Source: a virus (taxonomy: Duplodnaviria > Caudoviricetes). From it: a stretch of DNA of 64,000 bases. The stretch spans positions 1 to 64,000 of the IMG/VR virus record IMGVR_UViG_3300037454_000475; one strand, given 5' to 3'. Numbering within the stretch: the stretch's first letter is position 1; the number at the start of each line of letters is the position of its first letter. The position numbers were made by a program, and so were the translations under genes. The notes under the pieces are model-generated. The model saw only the letters and a program-made list of their open reading frames with translations. It was not told where the DNA came from and did not search any database. Shown here piece by piece: positions 10,155-20,335 of the stretch.

Positions 10155-10415
10155 TTATTCATCTTCGTCTATTTCGATTTCGTTTTCCTTCTTTTTTATG
10201 AAGTCAAAATTAAGTACACTCCACACATGATCCATAAACCAATCCGGGAGGTGCTTATAGATAACTATATCCATCCGGAACACCCACCACTGTAATATAA
10301 TCGTTGGTATCGAATAAGTGATGCTCAACTGAAGATTTGGGAGGATATACAGGTCTCCCCAATGGTTCATAAATAGGAATGTGACCTCAACCGGAAATTT
10401 ACGTTTTTTACCCAT
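10155..10415 (-). CDS. Hypothetical protein
   Basis: 86 aa ORF in operon. Confidence 0.6.
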   Translation of the reverse strand: MGKKRKFPVEVTFLFMNHWGDLYILPNLQLSITYSIPTIILQWWVFRMDIVIYKHLPDWFMDHVWSVLNFDFIKKKENEIEIDEDE

Positions 10416-10417
10416 GG

Positions 10418-10693
10418 CTATTGGTTAATTTTCTTGATAAACTCCTCAATCATAAGTTGCTTCGACTCCAACGCCCATTTCTGTTTCTTGTTCCACTCAT
10501 CGAGTTTCGTCACATCATTATAAATGGGATCTTGTAAGGAACTATTGATGGTATAAAGTTCCTCCTTGAGCATGAGCATGACTTCATTTACCAATAGAAG
10601 AGTACCATCATCGGTCACGTCAGTTGGTTTACGGGTACAGACAACGAGCTCACCGTCCTTTATCTTAAATTTTTGCAATCGTCTCATAATCAA
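10418..10693 (-). CDS. Hypothetical protein
   Basis: 91 aa ORF in operon. Confidence 0.6.
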   Translation of the reverse strand: MIMRRLQKFKIKDGELVVCTRKPTDVTDDGTLLLVNEVMLMLKEELYTINSSLQDPIYNDVTKLDEWNKKQKWALESKQLMIEEFIKKINQ

Positions 10694-11142
10694 TCACACC
10701 ATGTTTTTCCTTTTTCGTAACACCAGGTTTTGTTGCCGGATTTTTCAATCCACAAATCCTGCTGCTCCGGGGTAAGTGGTTTGATATCCTCAAGTAAATC
10801 GAGCAACCACCATATTGTATCGCGCATAAGATGGGAAAGGATGAGTAACGGCATATCCTCCGGAATCCGCATGACGGAACCATCCGGATTCAAATAGTCG
10901 TTTTTGGCTTCTTCCGGGCCTTCATATCGATACGAAAGCATGGCGTAATACGCCGTATTGTGTTCGTTGTCATTCTTGATGGACTTGCATAACCGAAGCA
11001 TGTTATTATCCAAGCCATCAATCCAGCTCTCGCAATGACCCCTCCATTCATAAAGGGTCGTGTCCGGCTGGGGGAATTTTCCGGTCAACTCCGTAAAGAT
11101 GCTCGGAGTGGAAAAGTTTTCAAAAAGTATCGTCTTAATCAT
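10690..11142 (-). CDS. Hypothetical protein
   Basis: Start reassigned to MIKTILF, overlapping the upstream stop. Confidence 0.6.
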   Translation of the reverse strand: MIKTILFENFSTPSIFTELTGKFPQPDTTLYEWRGHCESWIDGLDNNMLRLCKSIKNDNEHNTAYYAMLSYRYEGPEEAKNDYLNPDGSVMRIPEDMPLLILSHLMRDTIWWLLDLLEDIKPLTPEQQDLWIEKSGNKTWCYEKGKTWCD

Positions 11143-11392
11143 GGTTCTTAAAATGGATTTCGTCAAGTGATAACAAATGAAATTCCTCGTTGGCCTCCGG
11201 TGAATCCGTGGTAACCCATCCGAAACCACCATCGGCAAGTTTTTCAAAGCATTTGAAGTGGCCTTCAAAAAACATGACATAACATCTATGTTCGTTGTCA
11301 AGTTTGCGGTAAACCGCATCCACCTCGGCGTCCATGTCGCTGATAATGACTGCATCGCCTACATGTAGTTTTCTAATTTCTTCCGGTGTCAT
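11135..11392 (-). CDS. Hypothetical protein
   Basis: 85 aa ORF, ATGA overlap. Confidence 0.65.
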   Translation of the reverse strand: MTPEEIRKLHVGDAVIISDMDAEVDAVYRKLDNEHRCYVMFFEGHFKCFEKLADGGFGWVTTDSPEANEEFHLLSLDEIHFKNHD

Positions 11393-11850
11393 GTCTGTGG
11401 GGTATTTGTTCTAAATTGTGATGTTTGTGTTTGCATATCGTAAAAAGGATAACTAACAGCATTGTCAATACCTTTGACCGTGGCGTATCTGCCGTTGGCA
11501 CACATCAGGCTTTGCTCCTCGTTATTCATTTCGACAAACAGGATCTTTTTCCCGATACCGTATGCATATCCTTGCTCCCATGAGGTACCGGCCGTGGTCA
11601 TGCGGCGACCCCATGAAAGGACAACCATTATATCACAGCGATTGATGGCTTCCACGTCCATACGGAAGATCTGCAACCCCCACTCGTCATTGGGCCAATC
11701 CCATGCATTTTCCACGGTATGTTCCAACGGGGCGTATACATCATATCCATTTTCACGGAGCCTGTTGGTCAATTCATTCACGGAAGTGCGAAACTCCGGG
11801 GCCACGCTACCGGCAATATAGATCTTCAGGTCTTTTTTGAGTTTAGTCAT
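11389..11850 (-). CDS. Nucleoside 2-deoxyribosyltransferase family
   Basis: IYIAG, D..AINRCD, AGTSWEQGYAYGIGK. Confidence 0.85.
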   Translation of the reverse strand: MTKLKKDLKIYIAGSVAPEFRTSVNELTNRLRENGYDVYAPLEHTVENAWDWPNDEWGLQIFRMDVEAINRCDIMVVLSWGRRMTTAGTSWEQGYAYGIGKKILFVEMNNEEQSLMCANGRYATVKGIDNAVSYPFYDMQTQTSQFRTNTPQT

Positions 11851-12437
11851 TGTAGTATTCGGTTAATTATTTCGACTTGTTTATCAAGCGGATTTCCTTC
11901 ATAGTTCAAAATGATGAAATCGGCAAGTTCCAATTTTTTCTCATCCGGCATCTGTTTGCTTATACGGGCTTCAATTTGTTCCCGGGTTGCGTTATCCCTT
12001 AACATGGCCCGCTTGATACGTTCCTCCTTGTCAAGATAAACAACGATTACACCATCGAGCAACTTGTTGAGGCCGGTTTCGTATAGGATGGCGGATTCGA
12101 TGAGAATATAAGGGATATTTTTATCGGATTGCTCGATTCGATCACACCAGTCGGAAAATATTTGTCTTACTTTAGGATGAATCAAACCATTCAGGGTATT
12201 CAATGCGTCTTGGTTTGAAAATACGATTTTGGCAAGTTCCTTTTTGTTGACCAAACCATTGTCATCCAATATATTATCCCCAAAACGTTTGGCTAATTCA
12301 GTACAAAACGATGGTATATTATACAGCTTTTTTGCTTCATCATCGGCGATGAAACAAGGGACTCCAAGTTCCCTGAACTTATTAAGAGCCGTTGTTTTGC
12401 CGCTCCCTATCCCACCGGTAAGACCAATTCGTTTCAT
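11847..12437 (-). CDS. coaE: Dephospho-CoA kinase
   Basis: IGLTGGIGSGKT, LNGLIHPKV, RAMLRD, RISKQM. Confidence 0.9.
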   Translation of the reverse strand: MKRIGLTGGIGSGKTTALNKFRELGVPCFIADDEAKKLYNIPSFCTELAKRFGDNILDDNGLVNKKELAKIVFSNQDALNTLNGLIHPKVRQIFSDWCDRIEQSDKNIPYILIESAILYETGLNKLLDGVIVVYLDKEERIKRAMLRDNATREQIEARISKQMPDEKKLELADFIILNYEGNPLDKQVEIINRILQ

Positions 12438-12868
12438 TAGATATCGTATTCAATTAAAAATTTGCGGTGATTGGCAGGCCATGGAAATTTTTCCTCCATG
12501 GCGGTAATCTTGACCTTTGCGTATGAATCCGGGGTTTCCATGAACCAAAATTCGACCGGGATCTTTCTCAAATGCTTTTCCGTACTAATCGAACATTTTT
12601 CCTGCTCCCGGACAGTGGCATTCATTATGTCATTCAATCTCGGAAACTCCACGCGGTTGGCGTACGGGGATAACATGAAGTTGATACGCCAATGCTCATT
12701 GAGGTTCCAATGCTCCATAACTCGTTCGTATACAGGGCGATCCATGACCGCGTCTATGTAGTATTTCTTCACTTTATCGTACCACAAGAACTCGGGGCGG
12801 AGATATGTTGAGCCATCGTCATTCAAACATTGCTCACCCAGCCATTTGAAAAATTCATCGATATTCAT
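12437..12868 (-). CDS. Hypothetical protein
   Basis: 143 aa ORF. Confidence 0.7.
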   Translation of the reverse strand: MNIDEFFKWLGEQCLNDDGSTYLRPEFLWYDKVKKYYIDAVMDRPVYERVMEHWNLNEHWRINFMLSPYANRVEFPRLNDIMNATVREQEKCSISTEKHLRKIPVEFWFMETPDSYAKVKITAMEEKFPWPANHRKFLIEYDI

Positions 12869-12901
12869 ATTCGGGCATGGTTAAAGGTTGATTTTTAATG
12901 T

Positions 12902-13207
12902 TTAATCATTGCGATATATTGGTTGGATTATTGGAGCATTTTTACTATCCAGTACGGGTACCATGGTAATCATGGATACACCAAGATATTTATGACATGT
13001 ATTATCATATTCCATGAAGCCCGGAAGATCCTTAATTTCGGTACAAATTGCACCGTGATGAACCTCCTTGCGATGCTCACCCCACGGGGTGGTATACTCA
13101 TGGAGGTACATGCGGGTATATCCGGCAATGGGTTCCGGCCTGCGAGGTTCCTTAATGGACTGCATCCCGATGGATTCGGTTTCCGTATTTTTTTGTTTTG
13201 ATGGCAT
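12902..13207 (-). CDS. Hypothetical protein
   Basis: 101 aa ORF. Confidence 0.65.
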   Translation of the reverse strand: MPSKQKNTETESIGMQSIKEPRRPEPIAGYTRMYLHEYTTPWGEHRKEVHHGAICTEIKDLPGFMEYDNTCHKYLGVSMITMVPVLDSKNAPIIQPIYRND

Positions 13208-13209
13208 AA

Positions 13210-13518
13210 TTACTGGTCTATGTATTCAATTTCAAAATCAGTGGCGCATACTGGGATCTCAATGGGTGAGATACGGATGTCTCTGTTATCTCCAACCATC
13301 ACCGGTTTTTGGCAAGCATCCAACGGTTCAAGGATATCTTTGTATTTTTTGTGGAGACGACATCCCCACGCCACGTGCAACGTATCCTGATAGTGACCCA
13401 AATAGGTCTTGAAATTGTTGGCGCTGGTGTATATCTTACCTTTTTCCGAAAGGGTGCCTCTTGAGTAGTAAAGGCCGGTCGGAATATGTTTAAGTCGGTA
13501 AAATCTCGTCTGCTTCAT
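13210..13518 (-). CDS. Hypothetical protein
   Basis: 102 aa ORF behind promoter. Confidence 0.7.
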   Translation of the reverse strand: MKQTRFYRLKHIPTGLYYSRGTLSEKGKIYTSANNFKTYLGHYQDTLHVAWGCRLHKKYKDILEPLDACQKPVMVGDNRDIRISPIEIPVCATDFEIEYIDQ

Positions 13519-13595
13519 ACGAGTAAATTAATTGATTACATGTATATATAAACAACCGGGTCATATATTAACGAGAAAAATTCATTTTTTCCTAT

Positions 13596-13680
13596 CAAAT
13601 CTGCGATATAAACGGTTTTCTTCCCGTCCCGTTATAGTTATACGTGGGTATCCGGAAAACTCGTTTATATGCGATTTATG
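13596..13680. repeat. ~85 bp imperfect palindromic dispersed element, copy A
   Basis: Shares TGCGATATAAACGG..CCGTCCC..GGGTA with reverse complement of 31811-31896. Confidence 0.7.
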
Positions 13681-14327
13681 CGAGTTTTTTTGGGATCATC
13701 GGATATTGGGATTTTTGACAAAATTTCCACGGTCGGATTATTAAATTGTCCGTGATCCATAATTTGAGGATATTTATCTTTTGCGGCTTTGGTACAATAT
13801 GTTAGAAATGCCGTTTGCCGGAAAACCGGGTAGGAATCGCCGGATTGTACCACATCATGATACCGATCATAGTTCATCCGGATTACGTCCGCCCCTATAT
13901 GTTCATCCCCGTGCCGGTTTGCATCCCTGGCGATGGCTGTATCCAAATCAACCGGAAAGTCGACATGGATAACCCGGAGGATAAACAAGGTATCATCATC
14001 GTGTTTACGTTGTGTATAGGTATTCCATCCTTTTATAGCGGCATTAACGGTCGCGTTGATTTGACATTGATTGAGGTTCATGTCATCGGCAATCACACTA
14101 TACCCACTATCCAATGCAATCCGCACGGCTTCCTGTTTTGTTTTCTTCACAAGAGGTTCCCTGATAGGTATCCAATATGCACCCATCATCCGGCGGACAT
14201 CATCGTTTGAAAGCCTTACAATTTGTCGAGGGTATTGTTTTGCAAACGCCCTTGACCATGTCGATTTACCACTGGCCGGTATACCACGACATATATATAC
14301 TCGTTTTTCGTCAATCCTGTATTCCAT
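13665..14327 (-). CDS. Polynucleotide kinase-like P-loop kinase (AAA_33)
   Basis: RGIPASGKST, SNDDVR, IADDMNL, AIARDANR. Confidence 0.85.
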   Translation of the reverse strand: MEYRIDEKRVYICRGIPASGKSTWSRAFAKQYPRQIVRLSNDDVRRMMGAYWIPIREPLVKKTKQEAVRIALDSGYSVIADDMNLNQCQINATVNAAIKGWNTYTQRKHDDDTLFILRVIHVDFPVDLDTAIARDANRHGDEHIGADVIRMNYDRYHDVVQSGDSYPVFRQTAFLTYCTKAAKDKYPQIMDHGQFNNPTVEILSKIPISDDPKKTRINRI

Positions 14328-14997
14328 AATTCTGTATTTTATGTTTCATCCAATATCCGATTGATTTGATATGCTCCCAAATACCTTGAAATACATATAC
14401 AATGGTGCGGGTAATAGGTGTTAAATGCGGGTAATCATAATCTTCTTCCGTGAAATATGGTTTATCCGGAAAGTCCACTCCAACCAGGGACAAATACGTC
14501 CATGCATTTTTGGGATTCCTGATTTGGTCACCATTTTCATCAAGGATTATTTCCGGCTCGGAGTCCTTGACAAATATCAGAATCCTATTGACATCAAAAT
14601 ACTCGTACGTATAACGGAATCCTATACATTTGAGTACTTGTGCATATATCATATCCCGTTGAAATGTGGAGCCGGAAACCTCAACTATATCGTGTTCCTT
14701 TAGAATATTTTCGATGAAATATTCCATCATCCGCCGGCATGCAACGAGCCCTTCCAACGGATTGTTGGTTGTCCCATAACATCTATTATCCTTCGAAAAT
14801 GGATACTTCCATGCCGGGCCGACATACATGGCAGTCCACCAATTATGGTTTTCGGCGTTGAAAAAATTCGATTCTCCATCCATCACCACTCCGTCCTGTT
14901 CAAACCATATCACGGCAATATTATGGTTTGATAGTCTTGTGGATAACCGGATGGTTTTACCCGAAAGGCTGGTATGTACTTTAATGCGTCTTTTCAC
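14311..14997 (-). CDS. Hypothetical protein (start uncertain)
   Basis: 3' part of the 365 aa track ORF; the upstream part overlaps the sheath gene and terminator. Confidence 0.55.
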   Translation of the reverse strand: MKRRIKVHTSLSGKTIRLSTRLSNHNIAVIWFEQDGVVMDGESNFFNAENHNWWTAMYVGPAWKYPFSKDNRCYGTTNNPLEGLVACRRMMEYFIENILKEHDIVEVSGSTFQRDMIYAQVLKCIGFRYTYEYFDVNRILIFVKDSEPEIILDENGDQIRNPKNAWTYLSLVGVDFPDKPYFTEEDYDYPHLTPITRTIVYVFQGIWEHIKSIGYWMKHKIQNYGIQD

Positions 14998-15085
14998 GGA
15001 TATATATAAGAAAACAGCGCATTTTATTAACAACAAAAAAAGGCTCCACCGAAGTGAAGCCTTTTTATCAGGATTCGAATACCGA

Positions 15086-17797
15086 TTAGGCACCGGTATC
15101 GGAGACAAGTGCCGAGGACATACCACCCTTGCGGTAGATGTAAAGTTCCTGAACCATCTTACCGGCACCCATACCGGGTTCGATCGAGGTGGAGAGGACG
15201 AACATCTCGTTGTTGATAACGTCATCGGTGTTGTTATACTCGTCACACTGGTTGTTGTATACGTACACACCACCATTGTTCTTTGCGGTCTCGAGGATAA
15301 CATCGGCGCGATCCTTGATACGCTGTTGGAGGTTAGGCGTATTGAAATCCCAGTGGTAGTCAAGCAAGAGCTTCTCGATTTCATCCTGCAAGAAGATAAC
15401 GAGCTCACGGGTGGAGATCTTCGAGAGGGTGGTCACCGGGTTCTGCTTGGCTGTTTGGTTCGAGTTAATGCACGTACCCTTACGGTCAACATACACCATA
15501 CAGTTCACACCAAAAGGCTCGAGGTTATCGAGGTCTTCACGGCTGAAGTTGAAGTCCGGGCCGAGCAAACCTTGTTCGCGGACAATACCACGGTTGGTAC
15601 CGGCGATGACTGTGTATGGGAGATATGTGGTGTACTTCTTCATGAAGTTGTTGGACACCAAGGCTGCGGATGGAACATCCTCCTTAATGCCGGTGTTGAT
15701 ATCACGGATCTTCAATGCCGTGAAGAAACCGCACCATGAAGCACCGTTCTCTTGGCTTGGAAGTGTGAACATCATAGGCATTGGTTTAAGTGGGTTACCA
15801 CCCATGGCGATATACTTGGTATCGAACTCACCCTTTTCGTTACGGAACGATGGGCCACCTTGTTGATGGCTCTTCGAGAACGTCTTGATGGCCGGGAAGT
15901 TCAAGATAGCAAATGCGTTATCCTTCTCCTTACAAAGGGTCGAAAGCATGGATTTGCATTCAGGCTCAACGAAACCTTCAAAGGTATCCACGAGATAACG
16001 ATATTCGAGGTCAACACGGCTGGTCAAAGCAATGCGGAGACCCTTGTAGTTGGTAAGGGCTTGAAGCATGTACTTCTGCCATTGCCACTTGTCGTACATT
16101 CTTGTGGTTTCCGGTTTTGGATTACCGTACACATAACCCTTGAGGTAGAGAGGTTTAACGTTCTTCGAAGTGTAGGTGACGGAACCAACGCATTTGTAAA
16201 TACCGGCGGATACGTCAACACCATCGGTAGCGGATTTGTCAAGCTGGACTTTATATCCGGTACCATCCTCAACTTCTATGACATCCGGATTCTCTTTGTA
16301 TTTACCTTCACCATTAACAGTCCAATAAGGATCACTATCTGCAGGTGTTACCATTTGAATATTAGGTTCTTCGGTAAATGGGCCAAGAACTACTTGTTCA
16401 CTACTATCAACATCAATGGCCTTCACCTCGTAATGCATAAGTGTGGTTTCGCTGATTTTAACCACGTGGGCAAGAATACCGGCGAAAATGGAATCACCTT
16501 CACGGATACCTGTTTTTGCGAAACGACCATCTGCATCGGTGAATGTCATGGTGTATTCATCGAGGGTTGGGGTTAATCCCTCATACTTGTAGAAGTCAGC
16601 GGCTTCACCGGCATGTTCACCTTCGTCATACGTCCATTTTGCATCATCACCACTACCACTAAAGGTTGCGTTGAATACGATAGGGTCAATACCTACGATG
16701 GACATCATGTTGCGATCACTTGCTTCACGAACTGGACCTTGGCTCCAACCAGTGGTGTCAAGATCGGAGAGTTGGAAGCTGTCTTCATCTTCAGGGTCAA
16801 TGCTGTAAAGCATATCCTGATTGAAACGCATCATGAGTTTGTGGATGTAGTTATCACCATTTACTTGTGCATCGAGGGAGATGACAGTATTGCTGGCGTT
16901 ACGGAAATCCGGGAGAAGGACACCGGCATACTTCTTAACGAAGTTGGATGCATCGTTGGCTGCGAGAGCATCGAGAGTATCGATCTTTTCGCCAAATGCG
17001 TTAACAATGTATGGTTTAAGGGTGACTTGATCACCTTCCACATTGAAGAACTTGGCAAGTTTGTCGGAAGCAGCGATTTCCGGTGTGAACTGACCTTTGA
17101 AAATAAACATTTCAGCCCAGTATTGGGAAACAAGGTCGCGTTCATGGCCTTCGAGGTATGATGGAAGTTCTTCACCGTTAAGAACAGCGCTGTACCACTC
17201 CATGAATGGAACATCGTAGCCTTTTGGTTCATAACCACGCATGAAGACTGTTACGGAAGTATCCTTGGAGTCTGTTGTTGCAATGGTGATGTAGCCCTTT
17301 GGGTTGTTAACGTGATCTTCCTCATCTTTGTCGTTAACGTATTCCTCAAGTTGTTCCGGTTCAAGAGTCCAAAAGCGGTCGGTGTTGTAAAGATCCTTGA
17401 TGGCCATTTGAAGGTTGTCGGCAATCTCATCCTCTTCGAAGTGGAAGATGGACTTGTTTGGATTGAAAGTGGTGTATTCCACTTCATTGACTCCTTCATC
17501 GTAATCACCTTCAAAGTTCTTGAGGTTGAAAGCGAGGATCGGGCCAGCCTTGAGGGCTTGAATAGCCATGCGGTGGAACCACATACCGTAACGCTCCATC
17601 TTCTTGCTCGTACCGCCATAGATCTTTCTGAACTCGTCTTCAGTTTTCACATAAACAGGGGTGTTGAATGGGCCCTTTTCACTGTAACCAATGACAAGAC
17701 GAAGAGTCTCGGCTTCTTGACCAGGCATCTCGGATTTGTCGAACACGAAACGATAAATACCCGAGGATTTTATGTTTGCAAGATAATTTGGTAGCAT
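15086..17797 (-). CDS. Contractile tail sheath protein
   Basis: 903 aa; SSGIYRFVFDKS, IGYSEKGPFNTPV, C-terminal PSAA..AG..RG, NQTA..LSKI..RE, CDEYNNT. Confidence 0.9.
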   Translation of the reverse strand: MLPNYLANIKSSGIYRFVFDKSEMPGQEAETLRLVIGYSEKGPFNTPVYVKTEDEFRKIYGGTSKKMERYGMWFHRMAIQALKAGPILAFNLKNFEGDYDEGVNEVEYTTFNPNKSIFHFEEDEIADNLQMAIKDLYNTDRFWTLEPEQLEEYVNDKDEEDHVNNPKGYITIATTDSKDTSVTVFMRGYEPKGYDVPFMEWYSAVLNGEELPSYLEGHERDLVSQYWAEMFIFKGQFTPEIAASDKLAKFFNVEGDQVTLKPYIVNAFGEKIDTLDALAANDASNFVKKYAGVLLPDFRNASNTVISLDAQVNGDNYIHKLMMRFNQDMLYSIDPEDEDSFQLSDLDTTGWSQGPVREASDRNMMSIVGIDPIVFNATFSGSGDDAKWTYDEGEHAGEAADFYKYEGLTPTLDEYTMTFTDADGRFAKTGIREGDSIFAGILAHVVKISETTLMHYEVKAIDVDSSEQVVLGPFTEEPNIQMVTPADSDPYWTVNGEGKYKENPDVIEVEDGTGYKVQLDKSATDGVDVSAGIYKCVGSVTYTSKNVKPLYLKGYVYGNPKPETTRMYDKWQWQKYMLQALTNYKGLRIALTSRVDLEYRYLVDTFEGFVEPECKSMLSTLCKEKDNAFAILNFPAIKTFSKSHQQGGPSFRNEKGEFDTKYIAMGGNPLKPMPMMFTLPSQENGASWCGFFTALKIRDINTGIKEDVPSAALVSNNFMKKYTTYLPYTVIAGTNRGIVREQGLLGPDFNFSREDLDNLEPFGVNCMVYVDRKGTCINSNQTAKQNPVTTLSKISTRELVIFLQDEIEKLLLDYHWDFNTPNLQQRIKDRADVILETAKNNGGVYVYNNQCDEYNNTDDVINNEMFVLSTSIEPGMGAGKMVQELYIYRKGGMSSALVSDTGA

Positions 17798-17861
17798 ATT
17801 ATTATTTTTCTTTATTTACTTTGTGTCCGTTCTATCAGGTACGAACGGTATACCGGTTGAA

Positions 17862-19334
17862 TTATTGACGGTGACGGCGGAGGCGTGCACGAAGATCACG
17901 CTCGAAGCTATCCGTGACGTTTTCGAGGCCTTCGTAAACTTGCATTGCGGGAGCCTTCTTGTTCCAATCTATGCTCTCCCAAAAGTTCACAACAGCTTCA
18001 TTGGTACGGAGGTCATAAAGACGGGCTTTACGCTTGATGTATTCCTTCATGTTTTCATCAGCGCTTTCCCAAAGAGGTTGTACGTTGGCGGGCATTTCAC
18101 GGATGTAAAGCGGATCATTCGGATTGACGTTTTCGTTTACACGATCAACAATCGGTTTGGCCGGATTTTTGTCGAGCATCTCAAGGATGGAATCAATGGA
18201 TGCGAGCTTGGTTTCGCGGCTTTCACGTACGGAATTGAACTTTTCCTCAACTTTCGACATGATGTCGGTACGGAGGTGTTCCTCAATCCAAGTATCGATG
18301 GACTTGGTGTACTCTTCGGTGATCCATTTCTGCACTTGTGGAGTGTACTGTTCGATCATCCACTTTTGCGTACCTTCGGAGATATGTTTGATCATATCGT
18401 CAGTAAGTTCGGCGCCAAATTGTTCAACGATCCAGTCGTTAACATTAGGTGCAAACTCCTTGAGGATCCAGTTTTGAGTACCTTCGGCGACTTGTTTGAG
18501 GATGTCAGCGCGGACGGATTCAACGGCTTCATCAACGACCCATGTTTGGAGACTTGGCGAATACTCGTTAATTATCCAGTTTTGGATGCCTTCGGCAAGA
18601 AGTCTCATGCGTTCCGGGCTATTAACCTCATCAACGCGGTCGTTCGTTTTCTTCACGGACTGCTCAAGAAGATCAATCTTGTCAAGTAGTTCCTTGTGTT
18701 CTTGTTCGGTCATATTAAATTCATTTTCTTTGTTTGCAGGATCGGCTGGGTCTGCAGTTTCCTTGGATTCGACAATGAAGAGATTGTCGTCGAAAGATTC
18801 AGTGATAAACTCATTACCGGACTCCTTGGCAAGTGATTCAGCGAGGTTGAGACGAGCGTTGGCAAAACCCGGAGTACCTACAAGGTCGTAGGTTTGAATG
18901 TTCTCCAAAGTTACAACACCATCCTTATCCACTTGACCAGTGGCGCGCGAGGAGATGAACAATGGAAGACCGCCTTCCACCAAGGCCTGCGCAATCTTAC
19001 CTTTAGGCGTATCAAGTAACTTGACTGTGCCGGTAACCAATCCCTTTTCATCGATGTTGATGTCCTCAATAACGTGTGAAACCTCGTTATAGTCAATGTT
19101 CATCGTTTGTGGATGTTCAAGCTGTCCGGGAACTCCTTCTTCAACGATACGGGCCTTGATACGGTCGACCATCTGTTTATAGTTCTCGGCAACATAAATG
19201 CGGCCGTTACGGTTCTTTTGTTTGGAGCATTCACCAAACACACCCTTTAGTCGCATAAAACCATCCTCGCCACGACCCCTTTCGAGTGTTTTAACATCGT
19301 TGAGTTTTTCGTAGATGAGAATTTGTTTTGGCAT
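17862..19334 (-). CDS. Prohead protease (T4 gp21-like) with long helical scaffold-like extension
   Basis: NRNGRIY, GQLEHP, LLDTPKG, ISSRATG, TYDLVGTPGF. Confidence 0.88.
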   Translation of the reverse strand: MPKQILIYEKLNDVKTLERGRGEDGFMRLKGVFGECSKQKNRNGRIYVAENYKQMVDRIKARIVEEGVPGQLEHPQTMNIDYNEVSHVIEDINIDEKGLVTGTVKLLDTPKGKIAQALVEGGLPLFISSRATGQVDKDGVVTLENIQTYDLVGTPGFANARLNLAESLAKESGNEFITESFDDNLFIVESKETADPADPANKENEFNMTEQEHKELLDKIDLLEQSVKKTNDRVDEVNSPERMRLLAEGIQNWIINEYSPSLQTWVVDEAVESVRADILKQVAEGTQNWILKEFAPNVNDWIVEQFGAELTDDMIKHISEGTQKWMIEQYTPQVQKWITEEYTKSIDTWIEEHLRTDIMSKVEEKFNSVRESRETKLASIDSILEMLDKNPAKPIVDRVNENVNPNDPLYIREMPANVQPLWESADENMKEYIKRKARLYDLRTNEAVVNFWESIDWNKKAPAMQVYEGLENVTDSFERDLRARLRRHRQ

Positions 19335-19511
19335 TTTCTTGTAAATTTATTTTTCAAACCTTTCGATTCCATTGCAGGAAAACATCGGGTTCATTAAAAA
19401 GAATAATCTATTGCTTCCCAAACCCGAAATTTTTTCAACATTTGGGTGAATACGTAGGTACCTGTAAAATTGTAACTCGAGATAACTGATTGATATACAA
19501 TAAAAAAAGCC

Positions 19512-20327
19512 TCATTCGGAGGCTTTTTTATTCTTTTGACTTCTATGAACACACAGGTAGGTCTCCCAATCCCCATACCACCAATCAATATCATACCCGA
19601 GATCATCTATGAGTTTCAATAGTTTTTCCCGTTTTTCCGCACCGGCTTCTCCCTGGTGCTCTATGTAAACATCCGGAGTCCATATTTCAATTAGTATTGG
19701 TGGATAATCATTACGGATGATCGTACCGATGGCACCTTGTATGGCTTCAAGCTCATGGCCTTCAATATCGATTTTAATGAGACCAACATTATTGAAATTG
19801 AAACTATCCAAGGTACGGAGTTGGATATCTCCGGCGGTCAGGGTTTTTGATTTTTCATCACCGATAATTTCCGATTGTTTTTCGGCAATATTATCCAATG
19901 ACCATCCATCAAAGAATTTGACGGTATTTTGATCACTGATGCCGCAGTCAAAAACATCCACCTTATCGACTTTACCTTGCATCAATACATTGGCTTCAAG
20001 CAAAAATCTTATTGATTTACATGGTTCAAATGCGTATGCATGGTTAAAGTTTGTAAGCCAACAATACTCACCAATACCGGCACCTATATCAATGATGTCT
20101 TTGCTGAAATCAAACAAGCCATCCTCGTTACGGTTGATCTTATCAATGATGTATTCCTCCCAACAATACATGTCGTCCCATCCGACTTGGTCACACCAGT
20201 ATTTAAGTGAGGTCAAATAATCATCCGTACAAATTATCGGGATTCTATCGCGATATGATTCATCCGGATTATTGATAAGTACCGGTTTTTTAAGGAAATT
20301 CTTTATATATAGATCCATCCTATCCAT
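19512..20327 (-). CDS. FkbM-family SAM methyltransferase
   Basis: IDIGAGIG, AFEP, LDSF..VGLIKIDIEGHE. Confidence 0.88.
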   Translation of the reverse strand: MDRMDLYIKNFLKKPVLINNPDESYRDRIPIICTDDYLTSLKYWCDQVGWDDMYCWEEYIIDKINRNEDGLFDFSKDIIDIGAGIGEYCWLTNFNHAYAFEPCKSIRFLLEANVLMQGKVDKVDVFDCGISDQNTVKFFDGWSLDNIAEKQSEIIGDEKSKTLTAGDIQLRTLDSFNFNNVGLIKIDIEGHELEAIQGAIGTIIRNDYPPILIEIWTPDVYIEHQGEAGAEKREKLLKLIDDLGYDIDWWYGDWETYLCVHRSQKNKKASE

Positions 20328-20335
20328 GATGCTTT

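Noticed and set aside
14998-15408. N-terminal extension of the 365-aa track ORF
   Set aside because: It overlaps the sheath gene in another frame and crosses a terminator and promoter
14828-18891. Long plus-strand ORFs opposite sheath and protease genes (likewise 5736-6683 and 61539-62681)
   Set aside because: Antisense shadows of strongly codon-biased or repetitive genes
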